Shown: positions 36,541 to 48,345 of the stretch, in pieces | How positions within the stretch are numbered: position 1 is the stretch's first letter | Layout: each line of letters starts with the position of its first letter | Assembly: GCA_003427395.1 (NCBI GenBank) | Contig: BFEA01000042.1 | Location: 899,328-954,889 of the forward strand | DNA: 55,562 nt | From: Chara braunii | Taxonomy: Eukaryota; Plantae; Charophyceae | Reading direction: 5' to 3' | Notes under the pieces: generated by a model | Database searches by the model: none | Seen by the model: the letters and a program-made list of their open reading frames with translations, nothing else | Told to the model about the DNA's origin: nothing | Translations under genes and position numbers: made by a program

Positions 36541-39262
36541 TTTTTTTATTTTTACTTTTTTAAAACAGATGCTCCAATTTATTTGTGAGAGCAACACGTG
36601 TTGGGAACCGGGCCCAGCGTTCCATATCGAATGTACAGATCATTGAGAACATTTGAGATCATTTGAGATACCAGGGTCATTACCCGGCTTCGGTTGAGAA
36701 TATTATGTGAACATGATATGATTCAGAAAGCATGGGGAGGATCATGAATATCTAATGACCTATTAAAGAACTACTCATGCAATAGGCTGCCACATAGGTC
36801 CTACAAATGCTCACAACCCTCAAGATTCCTAACAAACCCTTCTAAAACTTTCCAACACAGTCTTACTCCCTGCTGAGCTGTTCGAGGCCTCACGCCCCCA
36901 CCTTGCTGGGTTACAGGGCAACACAACTCGCCCCAACTCCGACCAGCGTCGTCCTAGCAGCAACCCTTGGCTGTCCCTTGGGATACCCACACCAAAGCAT
37001 CCCCAGATCTCTCTATCAGGCCTCACGATCCTGCACCAGCAGGTTACAGGGCAACACCCCAACATCGGCCAACATCGTTCTGGTGTCTAACAACCGCAAA
37101 TCACTAAGTTTAACGACATCGAAACCGCCTAAGATGGGTTGCTAAGAGTTCCTAGAGTCCTAAGACAATCATAAGAACAACCGACTTTTTTTCCACTAGT
37201 CAGACTCTACCAAGTCACTATAATATATGTGTCAAAAAGCCTCCCAACCACGAATTAGATAGGTGAAACCTATTCAATCCACCTACGACCACCACCAGCA
37301 TGGTTGTTTTCAGCACGAACTGAAGCTCTTCCGGGCCTCATGCTCCCATCAAGTTAGGTTACAGAGTTGCACCACCTTGCTCCAACACCGGCCAACATTG
37401 CTCCAGTTACGACTCCCGACGACCACTGAGACTGCCCCCACAAACAGCCCCTCGGAGCTCTCTACCAGGCCTCACGCCCCCACTAAGCTAGGTCACAAAG
37501 CTGCGCCACCTGGCTCCGGCTCCGGCTCCGGCTCCGGCCAGCGTTGCTTCAGCATCGAGGGCCACCGAATTTTCAACCACGCTTCGCAGGATCACAGATG
37601 ACTTGCCAGATAGCACCTATTCCTACAACCTCCTCGAGAGGCAAACCAAATGGAAAGAAATAGTAAACTGAATGATAGACTTATTCGAGAGTGATCGGTC
37701 CTCCCTCCCGCTACCCCTCCCCCTCAGCCCTACACTACCTCCGCCGAGGTGAGTCACGCACTTTCCCTCGGCCCCAATATAGGAACAACCCTCTATCCCC
37801 CTTTCCCCAGGAGCACACAGTTCCCACCTAAAGCATGTCCTCCCTTGTCCGTGTCTGCCTCCGCAGGGACTGATGTTGACCCTCGCACCAGCCCCTGCCC
37901 CAGAATAGGGCAACCCCGTACTCCGCCCCTACCCTCTTTGAGACATTCACCCCCCACCTTGTGATGCCCCTGCAAGATAGAGCTCCCCCCACCCCCTTCC
38001 TACCGTTTAGCCCTTCGGAAACGATCCAATCCAGCCGACTACAGTTATTGATGACACACTTACCAAAATGTCGTTCGCAATTTGGGAAAGCAGAACCTCT
38101 TCAAAAATATGCAATAACCCCCGAAAACACCCTACGTCTTTAAGAACAACCCACTGAAAAAAGTGCATGGCGCTGCCACTTGCACCAATCAACGTCTGGC
38201 AGCTCCCACCATGTGCACGTATCACCAATTTAAAAGAAGCAAAAACTAATTATTGAAAAGATTCTGAATTTTTCGGGTTCCAAAGTTAAAAAATCATGAT
38301 AAAAACTTTACTCAGGACTTTTGGAAATTGTAGTCGAAATTCAAGGATACGAAATTATAGAACAGATCACTACGAATTGTGCTGGCAATTCATAATGGAC
38401 AATATATGTTTGTGTGTATGTGTGTATAGTTAGATGAGAATACTTTGCTTGAGATTCTGGATAGTTGAAATTCAAGGATATGTATGTATGTGTATACATG
38501 TAGATGAGAATTTGGCTGATCAGAAAACAGAGGATAAAATTGTGAGTTTATTTTTTCGAATTTGAGCAGCTGAATTTATAACTGCGTAAGCACTAGATTA
38601 AAGCAAGAATATAGGAAATTAAATTAGCATATACAAAATTGAAATCAGCGAAATCGATTTGAGAAGGCAGCCGACGCGAAGATCACCACACATTTTCGCA
38701 CGAAATTCTCTGCTCCATCGCCGCTGTCCATGTTGCGCTGCTACCTGCTTCCGTGTCTTTAACCGTTGAACCAGCTCAAACGAACACTTGAAACCGTCAA
38801 CTCTTTTTGACGCTCCAGCTTGTAACAAGCCTCCCTCCTCCCACTCCGCATGAGAAGATGCTCCTCACTTTCTGCCCGCACTACCCAACCACCTCCACTG
38901 GATTCGTGCAGGAGCATAGGAGCAAGGCCAATACCATGCCCAAGATCTCATGAAGAGTATCCTAATCACCCCGACAACCTCCCCTTCCTCTAGTGTGTCA
39001 AACCGTAACACCACATAAATGAAGCACGGAGCAAGAAACCTCTTCAGCCTAGGTTATCAAGGCTGGAAGAACCCTCAGTCAAAGCATCACGTCAATAGCC
39101 GCGCCAGACAAAACCAACAGAACCTAGGGCAAACGCCTACCACCCTAATCCTAATTGCCCACATCAACTCCTCGATATTCCTTGCAGGGAGCCGTGCCGA
39201 CAAGGCCCCACCAACTCACGAGCCGGCCCATGTCGATAGCGCGCCGCTCCCGGTCGCACCGC
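36541..39262 (-). mobile_element. ~2.7 kb non-coding retroposon related to 25639-27816
   Basis: A T-rich tail is followed by gatgctccaatttatttgtgagagcaacacgtgttgggaaccgggcccagcgt, the same 3' end as at 25660-25717. Shared internal motif ggttacagggca...ccccaac..cggc.aac.tcgttctgg. GC-rich far end. Possible 7 bp TSD gccgcat (36535-36541, 39263-39269); the 5' boundary is less certain. Confidence 0.7.
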
Positions 39263-39269
39263 GCCGCAT

Positions 39270-41630
39270 ACTTGTCGTTGTCCAATTATCTCATTCTTAT
39301 GGAGAGCAGATCACGAAAAACACAAGGTGATCAATAGGGTTGCATGGCAATCCATAACCCAACCAAAAGCCAAAGGAGGACTGGTATAAGCAATACAAAC
39401 TAAAGCTTTGGCACTACAATGGATCAAACGACTGTTGTTTTGCCCTGACATCCCGTGGAAAGGACTGGCCCTGGAACAAATTGCACGACTAGCCCCTGAA
39501 ACAACATCGGATATTAGCCCTCTAACATGGCTAAAAAAATAGAGGTTGGCCAATACCGAAAGGGCACTTCAGCCAACAGTACCCAACCTCCCCAAGGGAG
39601 TCAGCGAGAGAGGATCTGCGAAATGACTCCTTCTGGCCATCCTTTCTGAGGACATGGAGAAACCTCCCGCTGCCTGATAAAAGCAACCTGGGGAGATACG
39701 ACAACCCTTTTTTGACAACAGGAGAATAGTTGATACCAGGGGACGGGTCCTTCACAGTACGGATTCTCCCTTACGGGCATGGTTGAAAATGGAAGTACTC
39801 AAAATCAATGATATCTGGAACACAACCACAAAGGACTGGATCGATCGGGACCTGCTCAAGCAAAAACTGAGATATAGCCATATATCGAAAGCTGCACTCG
39901 AGGACATAATAGAATGGATCCCCCTTAGCTGGTGGAAAATTCTCAGAAAAATACCCGTTTTGCAGGAATCTGACTGGGTGCGAATCCCGGCCAGTCAGGG
40001 AGAGGTGGGCAATGTAGTGTGTTGCAGCCCCAAAGGACCGGTAATAGTTGATATATTTAATTTGGGCAATGACAACATTTTACATAGACCCGTACCAACA
40101 GAAACAAGATTTTTCCAAAACAAGGAACTGTCACGAATCAGAGTGCAGGAAAATGGAGATTGACGGCCTTCCTCCCAAGCACCCCGATGACTCAACTGTG
40201 TTTAGACGCAGTGGAGCGGACATGACCTTTTCCCTCCGGAAGGGGCAAGAAATGTATTATAAGATTACACAGCATAACAGTCAAATCAACATACAGATTA
40301 CGCTATCCTGCGACTAATCTACGGGTCCAGGTGGAGGCTAGATGGATGAAGCATCTGAACATTAGTAAGGATTCACTCCGGGGAGTCAAATGGTCTTTCT
40401 CCAATGGCATGTAGAACATCGCTGCCTACCAACGAATGACTGGTTAATAGACAAGACATCCTTGGAACAAAGTGGGCGGGCCCTGCCCTGGTGCAAACTT
40501 TGCTCTGATTCCTTCCCATCTAGGAAGATATCAGAAACAATAGAACATATCTTCCTGCAATGTCCAGGAGCAATCTGGCTCTGGAGTTGGTGGGACAGGA
40601 TTTGGGACCAGCTGGAAGTAACGATACCCTGGCCATGGGATTGGAGAGCATTGCTACTAGAAACATGGCCTGCTGAACAGGTGGATGACTTCACCCACAA
40701 CATCTTTAAATTGGGACGTAGGGCGGTGCTATGGGCGCTTTGGAGACGCTGTTGCAAACACAAGATGGGAAGGGCGAGACTGGAAGGCCCTGAATTTACT
40801 GAAATCATACAGCAACAAATCCAAACATTGATAACAACTCACTGGGAAGATGTCAAAGCCCAAATCCGCCACACACATACACAACAGGACACAAACCAAA
40901 AAGTGCAGGACTTCTTCACAAGATGGCTCGGGGGAAAAAAGGGGGGAAAGATAGGGAGGGTTGAGTAACTGTATTTCCATGATTGGACCAAGGTGGACTT
41001 CTCAATTCCAATGAGAACAACGGATGATTTCCCTGACCTCTTCCCCCCCCCCGACCAATAGTCTGGTGGATTTGAGGTGGTACGGGAGCTAGAGAGGAAA
41101 GGGGGAGCACACATAGGACAAAGGAAGAGAGGGTAGGTCGGGCCAAGTATATATATCTAGGAACTGGGGATGATAGAGACAGGGAGGAATTAGCGTGTAG
41201 CAGTAAGTATCGGGCGTCCGGTCCTGGGGGAAGTTTTCTCCCCCTCCCCCTTTATCCCCTTTTTCATGCCCTGCTCAGTGAGTCCCTGTACTCTAAATCC
41301 AGTCATTATCAGGCATTATAGAGAAAGGGAGGAACTAGTGTGTAGCTGCAAATATCTGGCGCCCGGTTCTGGGTGAAGAGGTTCTCCTCACTTTCAGGCC
41401 CTGCTCAATCAATCCCCTGGTTTCCAGGGCAATCAATGCTGGCAGGAACCTCTCTCAATTGTTTCTCTAATGTGCTCTGAATTCAGTATGTAAATGGGAC
41501 GCTGGACCCGCTTTCCAGCAGGTGATGCCCCCCGCCAATAGATGGAGCCGCTCCCCAGGTGCTAGTGGTGTCTGCACTTATCAGCACCACTAACACTGGT
41601 GGGGGGGTTGTTAAAAAAAAAAAAAAAAAA
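39270..41630 (+). mobile_element. LINE B: 5'-truncated L1/Tx1-type copy (ORF2 C-terminus, 3' UTR, poly(A))
   Basis: FLW..KVINRVAWQSITQPKAKGGL and the zf-RVT/CCHC motif WCKLC..ETIEHIFLQCP. Stop at 40968, 3' UTR with hairpins, A18 at 41613-41630. Confidence 0.88.
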
Positions 41631-41904
41631 GAAGAAGTCAGTAACCCATAACTGATGAAACACGGACCTGAACTCGAAGCTACACCATATATACTGGCCT
41701 GCTCCCTCCTTACTACAAGCCCAGCGACTATTCTCTCTCTCTCTCTCTCTCCCTCTCTCCCTCTCTCCCTCTCCCTCTCTCTCTCTCTCTCTCCCCAGTG
41801 CGTTTCACGGTTGCTGCTGCTTTTTCGTTTCTATTCTTTTCTCCTCCCCATTTCCCCTTCTCTTCACTTACCTTTTCTTTTCTTTTCTTTCTTCTTTCTT
41901 TTTA

Positions 41905-42080
41905 GGGGAAACTACGTGGGAGTCACAAAAATGAGTGGCCAAGATACAGTTTCGAATTGCAATTCAGGCAATGTATACAACCCAGCTTTCTGGCCAGGTA
42001 GCGTGCCCAAAGTGCAATTGCAAACTGTATCCTGCGCCATGGTTATAGCTCCGTTTTGGTGACTCCACTGAAGTTACCCG
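41905..42080. mobile_element. ~175 bp fold-back MITE-like element
   Basis: gggaaactacgtgggagtcacaaaaa pairs with ttttggtgactccactgaagttaccc. Inner gatacagtttcgaattgca pairs with tgcaattgcaaactgtatc. Confidence 0.65.
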
Positions 42081-42337
42081 CGCAGCGCGCCTCATGTATG
42101 CACCGCAAGTATGATGCAAGCTATTTAAACCACCAGTACCCTGCCCAGGCAGAAAACAATTCTCCCTGAATTCCGGGGAAGATCTGTACTTAGCCCTGTA
42201 ACCTGCCCGGAAATTATACCAGGAGTGGGTGCCCGTTTGGGGAGAGGTCCCCTTGTGGTTGAGGGCGATGCGCTGGATGAAGAGCATGTGTGCTAGAGAC
42301 TGCTGTGTGTTGTGTCTTTTGTGTTTTTCAACATTCC

Positions 42338-42411
<74 letters not shown>

Positions 42412-43085
42412 CCATCCACGTACCATTACAAACCATCCATAAACAAAAAAGTATAGATGGGCAATATAATAGAAGGGCCAAGGTTCCCCACGTTTGTGTG
42501 GTTGAGCGGGAATTGCCCAAACACCGGTCTGCCGCCGAAGCGGCACACTTGCGCAAAGATATATAGTTTTTTCAATCTAGAAAAGCGAAGGTCAAGGGCA
42601 GAAGGCAACATACCTCACAAAAAAAACTCCACCGGCAAGAAACCTGTGTGCGCATGTGTGACTGGGTATGGACGCTGCGGCCATGCAGGGGCGGGGTAGA
42701 TATCACAACCGGGGTGGTTCTACTTTCGAAACAGTGTGTCATGGCGGCACTCGTTGCCGGTACAAATCCATGTGCTGTCGTGCGGAGGGATCCGAGGCTG
42801 TGGAAGTAGCGATCTGGACAGGCCTGGTAGAGGCTAGATAGAGGTAGAGCCCCCGCACATGTGTTGGTGGTCGATCGATTCGAAAACAAAAACGAGCGGT
42901 CAAAGAAAACAAACGCACAACAACAATAAAAGTAAAAGCCACAAAACCAAAAGGGAAAAAAGAGGGGGGGAAAACAAAGCACAACGACAAAGAAATAGAA
43001 CACACCAAACAAACAGAAGAAAACAAGGGACAAAGCAACAAACTGCCTTTCTGAACAGCGGGTCGCCGAGCTCTGAAACGAACTA

Positions 43086-43380
43086 GGCCCTCACTGCACT
43101 ACTCTACATGTGTGCAAAATGAGAATGAATCTTCGGCAATAACATGGAACAATGCAGGGTAGATTACCATGGCCCTGCACAACGATGGCACACATAAAGC
43201 GAGAACGGTCCACCTTACCAAAGAAAGAAAGAAGGATAGAAAGAAAGAAAGAAAGAAAGAGAGAAAGAGAGAAAGAGAGAAAGAGAGAAAGAAAGAGAGA
43301 AAGAAAGAGAGAAAGAAAGAAAGACACCATGGCCCTGCACAACGATGGCACACATAAATCGAGAACGGTCCACCTTACCA
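43086..43380 (+). pseudogene. Family-A MITE end fused to a divergent U6-derived sequence (43138-43212), with a second tandem U6-like 3' copy (43326-43372); each has a (GAAA)n tail
   Basis: TGGAACAATGCAGGGTAGATTACCATGGCCCTGCACAACGATGGCACACATAAAGCGAGAACGGTCCA aligns end to end with U6 TGGAACGATACAGAGAAGATTAGCATGGCCCCTGCGCAAGGATGACACGCATAAATCGAGAAATGGTCCA. Confidence 0.8.
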
Positions 43381-43455
43381 AAGAAAGAAAGAAGGAAGGA
43401 AGGAAAGAAAGAAAGAAAGAAATAGAGAAAGAAAGAGAGAAAGAAAGAAAGACAG

Positions 43456-43522
<67 letters not shown>

Positions 43523-43565
43523 GGGAAGATCGGGACACCACGGCGCCGTGGACGGTACCAAGAGG

Positions 43566-43599
43566 CTGTCTCTTATACACATCTAGATGTGTATAAGAG
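43566..43599. other. Nextera mate-pair junction adapter (Tn5 mosaic ends), assembly artefact
   Basis: CTGTCTCTTATACACATCT followed by AGATGTGTATAAGAG, immediately before an N gap. Confidence 0.97.
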
Positions 43600-43630
43600 N
43601 NNNNNNNNNNNNNNNNNNNNNNNNNNNNNN

Positions 43631-43699
<69 letters not shown>

Positions 43700-43950
43700 T
43701 GTGGTGGGCGGATCAAGACCCTTCATCCAAGGAACTGGGGCTCGCTGGACTATCATAGTGATGTGAGAAATGGGAGCACATTGAAGGACTGGTCGCCCGT
43801 GGTATCACTGCTGCCCATTTGGTGCATTCATCTGAAACACGAGGTTTGGCAGCTTGCCAGGAAAAAAAAAAAAACGCTTTAGGACGCCGGCTTGGAAGGT
43901 ACTGGTGGTTTACATGTAGAGCGCAACCTAGAAACATACACAAGAACGAG

Positions 43951-44070
43951 GGTCTCGCTCCACTACTCTCCGGATGCACAAAAGACAAAAAACTATGGCC
44001 GTGTATCTTTCGATGTTCTAGCGGAGGATTCGTTCTCACTTTGCACATTTGGAGCGTAGTGGAGTGAGGC
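43951..44070 (-). mobile_element. Hairpin MITE-like element, family A
   Basis: ctcgctccactactctcc and ggagcgtagtggagtgag are inverted ends. Homologous to 2939-3061. Confidence 0.75.
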
Positions 44071-44839
44071 GCTGATAGAACAGACATGAAGTAGGCGATG
44101 CAAAAAGAAACCGATTGAAAAGAAACGAAGATAGATGCAAAAGGAAAACGACTGAAGTAAAGCTTCCAAAATGGTCAGGGAGATAATAACCTTCCATCGC
44201 GCGAACAAGCATGAATACAAAAACAAAATGCACACCGCAATATAGACAAAACCAACATGTCCTGCCTCCTGCCAAAAAAGACAAAAAAGCAAAGCACGAT
44301 CATATGGCTATACAGCCTCTCTTCTTTTCTTTTCTTCTTCTCTTTTCTTCTTTTCTTTTGGTCCATCTTGTCCAGATTCTCGGCGACATACCAGCCAAAA
44401 GGCCATTCGCGCGTTCTTTATGAGGTCCTCAACTCTCTTACCTGTTTCATCATCTGAACGGCTGTCTCTGCGGTTCTCTTCTACTATGGTTCAATTTCCG
44501 CCAAACAAAGCAAGCACAAATCAAATGCTCAAAAACAAAAATAAACGCATCACTGTTCAAGCATGACTCAGTGCCACACAGGGTATCATACTGATTTAAA
44601 GTGTGACTTTCCTGTTTTGGGAAGATTTAGGTAGTACTCCCTCCTCAGAGTAGAGTAGAAAATGTGGTGTCTACCCCTTTGAACATAGATTGAAAATTCA
44701 TCTTGTGGCAGCCTAGGCAAGTTGAACTCTAGTGTGAGGCAGAAAACAATATTGAGAGACTCAGAGAAGTAGCTTTAGAAAATACAGTCCACCATAAATG
44801 AGGAGAAGCCAGCTTTATTTAAGAAGGGGTAAAAAGAAA

Positions 44840-46988
44840 ACACCGGTACACCCGGGCCTGGAGGCCCTGCACTGCAAACCAAGCTTTGCCTAATCGCCAG
44901 CGGTGCACTCCTTTCCTTCTTTGTCTGGCGCCCCCAGCCATTGTGGTCTGGTAGGCCCGAGGCGAGTTTTTTTCGGATGGGCAGCGAGTTAATTTTTAGC
45001 AACAACTCCAGAAGGCAGAAAGTTTTGGTTTGAGTGTACCAGGAAGGTGGCACTGCGGGTCATATGGAAGTAAGGATGAAGCAGAACCAGCAAAGGATTA
45101 TCCAACACACGGGAAAATGTATGAGCTGAGACGGAAGCGATATTACAAGCCGATATCCTCTGTTTTGGGCAGGGAACCAAACAACCATGGGCAGAAGACG
45201 AACACACTAAGAGCTAAGGGCGCAGACTGGAACGAGACTGACGCTGGAGGTCAGCTGGAACATAAAGAGGCTGCAGAACTATCGAAGGAACCTCTAAACC
45301 AAGAGAGAACGCGTGGGCGGAAATGAGGTCCTTGATACAAGCGGAAATCTTCTGCAAAAGGCGGGAAGCACAGCGAGCAAGGCCGGAAGACAAAGACCAG
45401 CAAAAACGGATAGTTCCAAGGTCATCAGGCTACGGCGGATGAATGACAAGGTGCCGATTCTACAGGAAGACTGAAAACAATGGAAAGGATGACACATCTC
45501 GGAATCACGTCGGAGAAGACAGACTGGGTTACAAACAGGTAGCCAGACCCTTGGACGGAAATTTGCACCACGAACTATAAGACTGAGAGACGGATAGGAT
45601 TGGGGGAGTGGAAGACTTGATCACGACAAGGGAAGGGAAAACAGGATGGAACAACCAGGGAGTCCGGACTGCAGTCCGGACTGCAAACGGTTCAAGACCC
45701 ACAGCAGTCCACTAGAGCTGACAAGCCAAGAGCATCTGGAGGTTCCAGCAAATTATATCAAGATGAAGGATTAGGGTTCAGGGTTTGGACGATAGTCGAT
45801 GCCTGAAGACGAGGATCTGCGAGAAAAGACTAGGAAAAAGTTCACAAAGCTGTGGTTAGTGGACAGTAAGGTGGTTGAGCTACGGAACGGCCGGATTTAC
45901 TGGACAGACTGGCACAATTCAGAGAAAGACAGGAGAACCCAGACTGGGCCTACAACAGACAGGCAGCTGAGTTGAAGGGAGTAAGGGATACCAGGCAACA
46001 GGAACGAGAGCCAAGAGGAGAGGTAAGGAAGATTAAGATCGGTGTTGGGAGGAAGGGACACAGGTCTGTCATGATCGCTGCAAAACGGATCCCGGCCGGA
46101 CAAGGGAGAGGGCAACAAGAGCTGACACACTTGCTGACTAAGGACAGAACAGATACTCCCCCACACCAACGAGGGACAGGTTACACACCTTTCAATCGGA
46201 AAAGAGAACGCAAAGAGTACCCTTGGTTCACAGTCATCAGGAAGCGGTACAACATAGAAGGGTTATCACGATAAAGAATGAGGGAGGGTTTAGGGTTTTA
46301 GGGTCTTAACCATCGGATAACAGCTCAGGGGCATTAGGGTCTAAGGGTTTTGGCCAGTGGAAACAGTTTAAAACAGCGGTCTTCGGCAGATCGTAACTGC
46401 TCAAGATGGATGGAGCTAGAGCTGGACTGCACCAAAGGAAACAGGGCGGAGGGCGATTGATAGATATCAAGGGGGGTGTAGGAAAAGGGAATTGATTTAT
46501 ATGCATGATCAGAAAATGAGGGGGGTTAGGGCATGATGCGGGACAGAGGGGTTGTTTAAGGGGCTAGACCCTTTCTTTAGGGTTTAGGGTTCAGGACAGA
46601 GGTTTTGGACAGAAACAAGACCAGCAGGGGATAGAATGATAAGGATTTCATGACACTTGATGGCGGGACTTGGGGTTCAGACAGCATTGACAACAGTTGC
46701 AGCCCCTCAGACCTTTCTTGTTGAGCATGGTTTATCTGACAGGATCTTATAGTAGTCGTGAGAGGAAAGGTGTAAGCAGGGCAAGCTGACAGTCAATCCT
46801 CCACGTTGTTGGAGTAATCAATGCTGATCAGGGTTCCTTCGGCCAGACGGAAGGAAGCATGAGAGTACTCCTTGATGTATCATTTTATTCTGACTTGCCT
46901 GTGGAATAGGAACCGGACTGATGCTCCCCAGAATGGAAACGGAGCCAGGGCCATAAGGACCTGTTAAAAAAAAAAAAAAAAAAAAAAA
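44840..46988 (+). mobile_element. Probable ~2 kb non-coding retroposon with poly(A)
   Basis: Ends in gatgctccccagaatggaaacggagc...ctgtt followed by A23, the same GCTCC..GGAGC hairpin and GTT-A(n) end as LINE B. Purine-rich body with no credible ORF. The 5' limit is approximate and no TSD was found. Confidence 0.5.
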
Positions 46989-47554
46989 GGCAACAACAAT
47001 GGGCCCGTGTACTAGCGGTGTGAGGCAACCATGGTTACTCTCTTTATCTTTTTGGCCTTTTCAATCATAGACCAGCAAACAAGGGGCCACATTGTCGCAC
47101 TCATGTGGTTTAGGGTTCACATATCATTCAAAAGATCCAAGAAAAAGGTGCGTATCCAAATGGGAGACGTTCATCGAAGGCATCCACATACGTCCAAGAA
47201 TAGTATGGACGCTAAGGAGGAGAGCATTTCCAAACAGAAATCAATGGTCCATATTTTTGATTGAAGATGAACTGGGCACAACAGCGGCCCATGAAGTCAG
47301 GACTCGTCTGTGGACAATAGGATGTCATTAGATGATATATTGTTGCGCATTGAATGCACTCCTCTGTGTGGACAAAAGACACAGCATCACATCACAACCA
47401 AAAGGATCACTTAAGTGAGGATGCCTCATGCGTATTGTTTGCACAAGCGAGCGGCAGCGGCTGCAATGGTGTCCTCCTGCGTCTGCATTTGAGTAAAACC
47501 TCTACTCTTCATCCGCATTGTTAGCCAGCCTCCTTCTCCCAAGTGTCATTCCAA

Positions 47555-47657
47555 GCTCCCCACCAATAGACCGGAGCCCCCGGCAGTGGGCCTCCTAGAA
47601 GGACCTGCCGCTCATACCAACTCCTCTAACAGACCCGCCGGGCAGGTCAAAAAAAAA
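47555..47657 (+). mobile_element. Short 5'-truncated retroposon tail
   Basis: gctccccaccaatagaccggagc hairpin, followed ~70 bp later by an A-tract. Confidence 0.5.
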
Positions 47658-47800
47658 GAAGAAGAAGAAGATCTATGGTCCACAACTCTCGCCATTCCAA
47701 TATCTGTCAGAAACCTACAAGGCCAGTGCTTCCAACACCACCACACAAACCGTCACACAAACCGTCACAAATTCCATGAAAACATGGCAAATCAATCTTT

Positions 47801-48345
47801 ACCGTTTCACATTTTGGCCAAGTTTCAACAAAAAAAAAAAAACACTCTCAAACTCTGTGTGCCTGATACTCTAACAAGAGGAGTCACAATCTTCAAGCTG
47901 ATCTCCTCTTGGGAATCATAGAAACATGGGATACGCAACGAGAAATACATCAGAACTCTGAAAGTGTTGAGCTCTCAAACTCTATGTGCCTAATACTCTA
48001 TATACCGTTTCACATTTTGGCCAAGTTTCGACACTTGAAAAAAAGAAAAAAGAAAAAAAAAGCTCTTTGACTCTGTGTGCCTGATACTCTAACAAGAGGA
48101 GTCACAATCTTCAAGCTGATCTCCTCTTGGAAATCATAGCCACATGGGATACGCAACGAGAAGTACATCACAACTTCAAAAAAGTGTTAGACTCTCAAAC
48201 TCTCTAACTCTATGTGCCTGATACTCTAACAAGAGGAATCACCATTTTCAAGCTGATCTCCTCTTGGGAACAATGGCGACATGTCAACATATGGCAAAGA
48301 ACGCAAACGATAAGCGATAAGAAATACATTGGAACATTGAAAGAA
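47801..48345. repeat. ~200 bp tandem repeat, about 2.5 copies
   Basis: gtgcctgatactctaacaagagga.tcac.at.ttcaagctgatctcctcttgg occurs three times; ccgtttcacattttggccaagtttc occurs twice. Confidence 0.85.

Noticed and set aside
35640-39270. LINE A and LINE B as one element split by insertions
   Set aside because: LINE A already appears to contain the region equivalent to FLW..KV.W..GGLG (~35300-35400) that LINE B begins with, so they overlap and are treated as separate copies.
42549-42560. U4 5' end (ATCTTTGCGC, minus strand); also U1-like CCATTGCACT at ~51878 and U2-like GGCCTTTTGGCT at ~44393
   Set aside because: These are matches of only 10-12 nt that do not extend.
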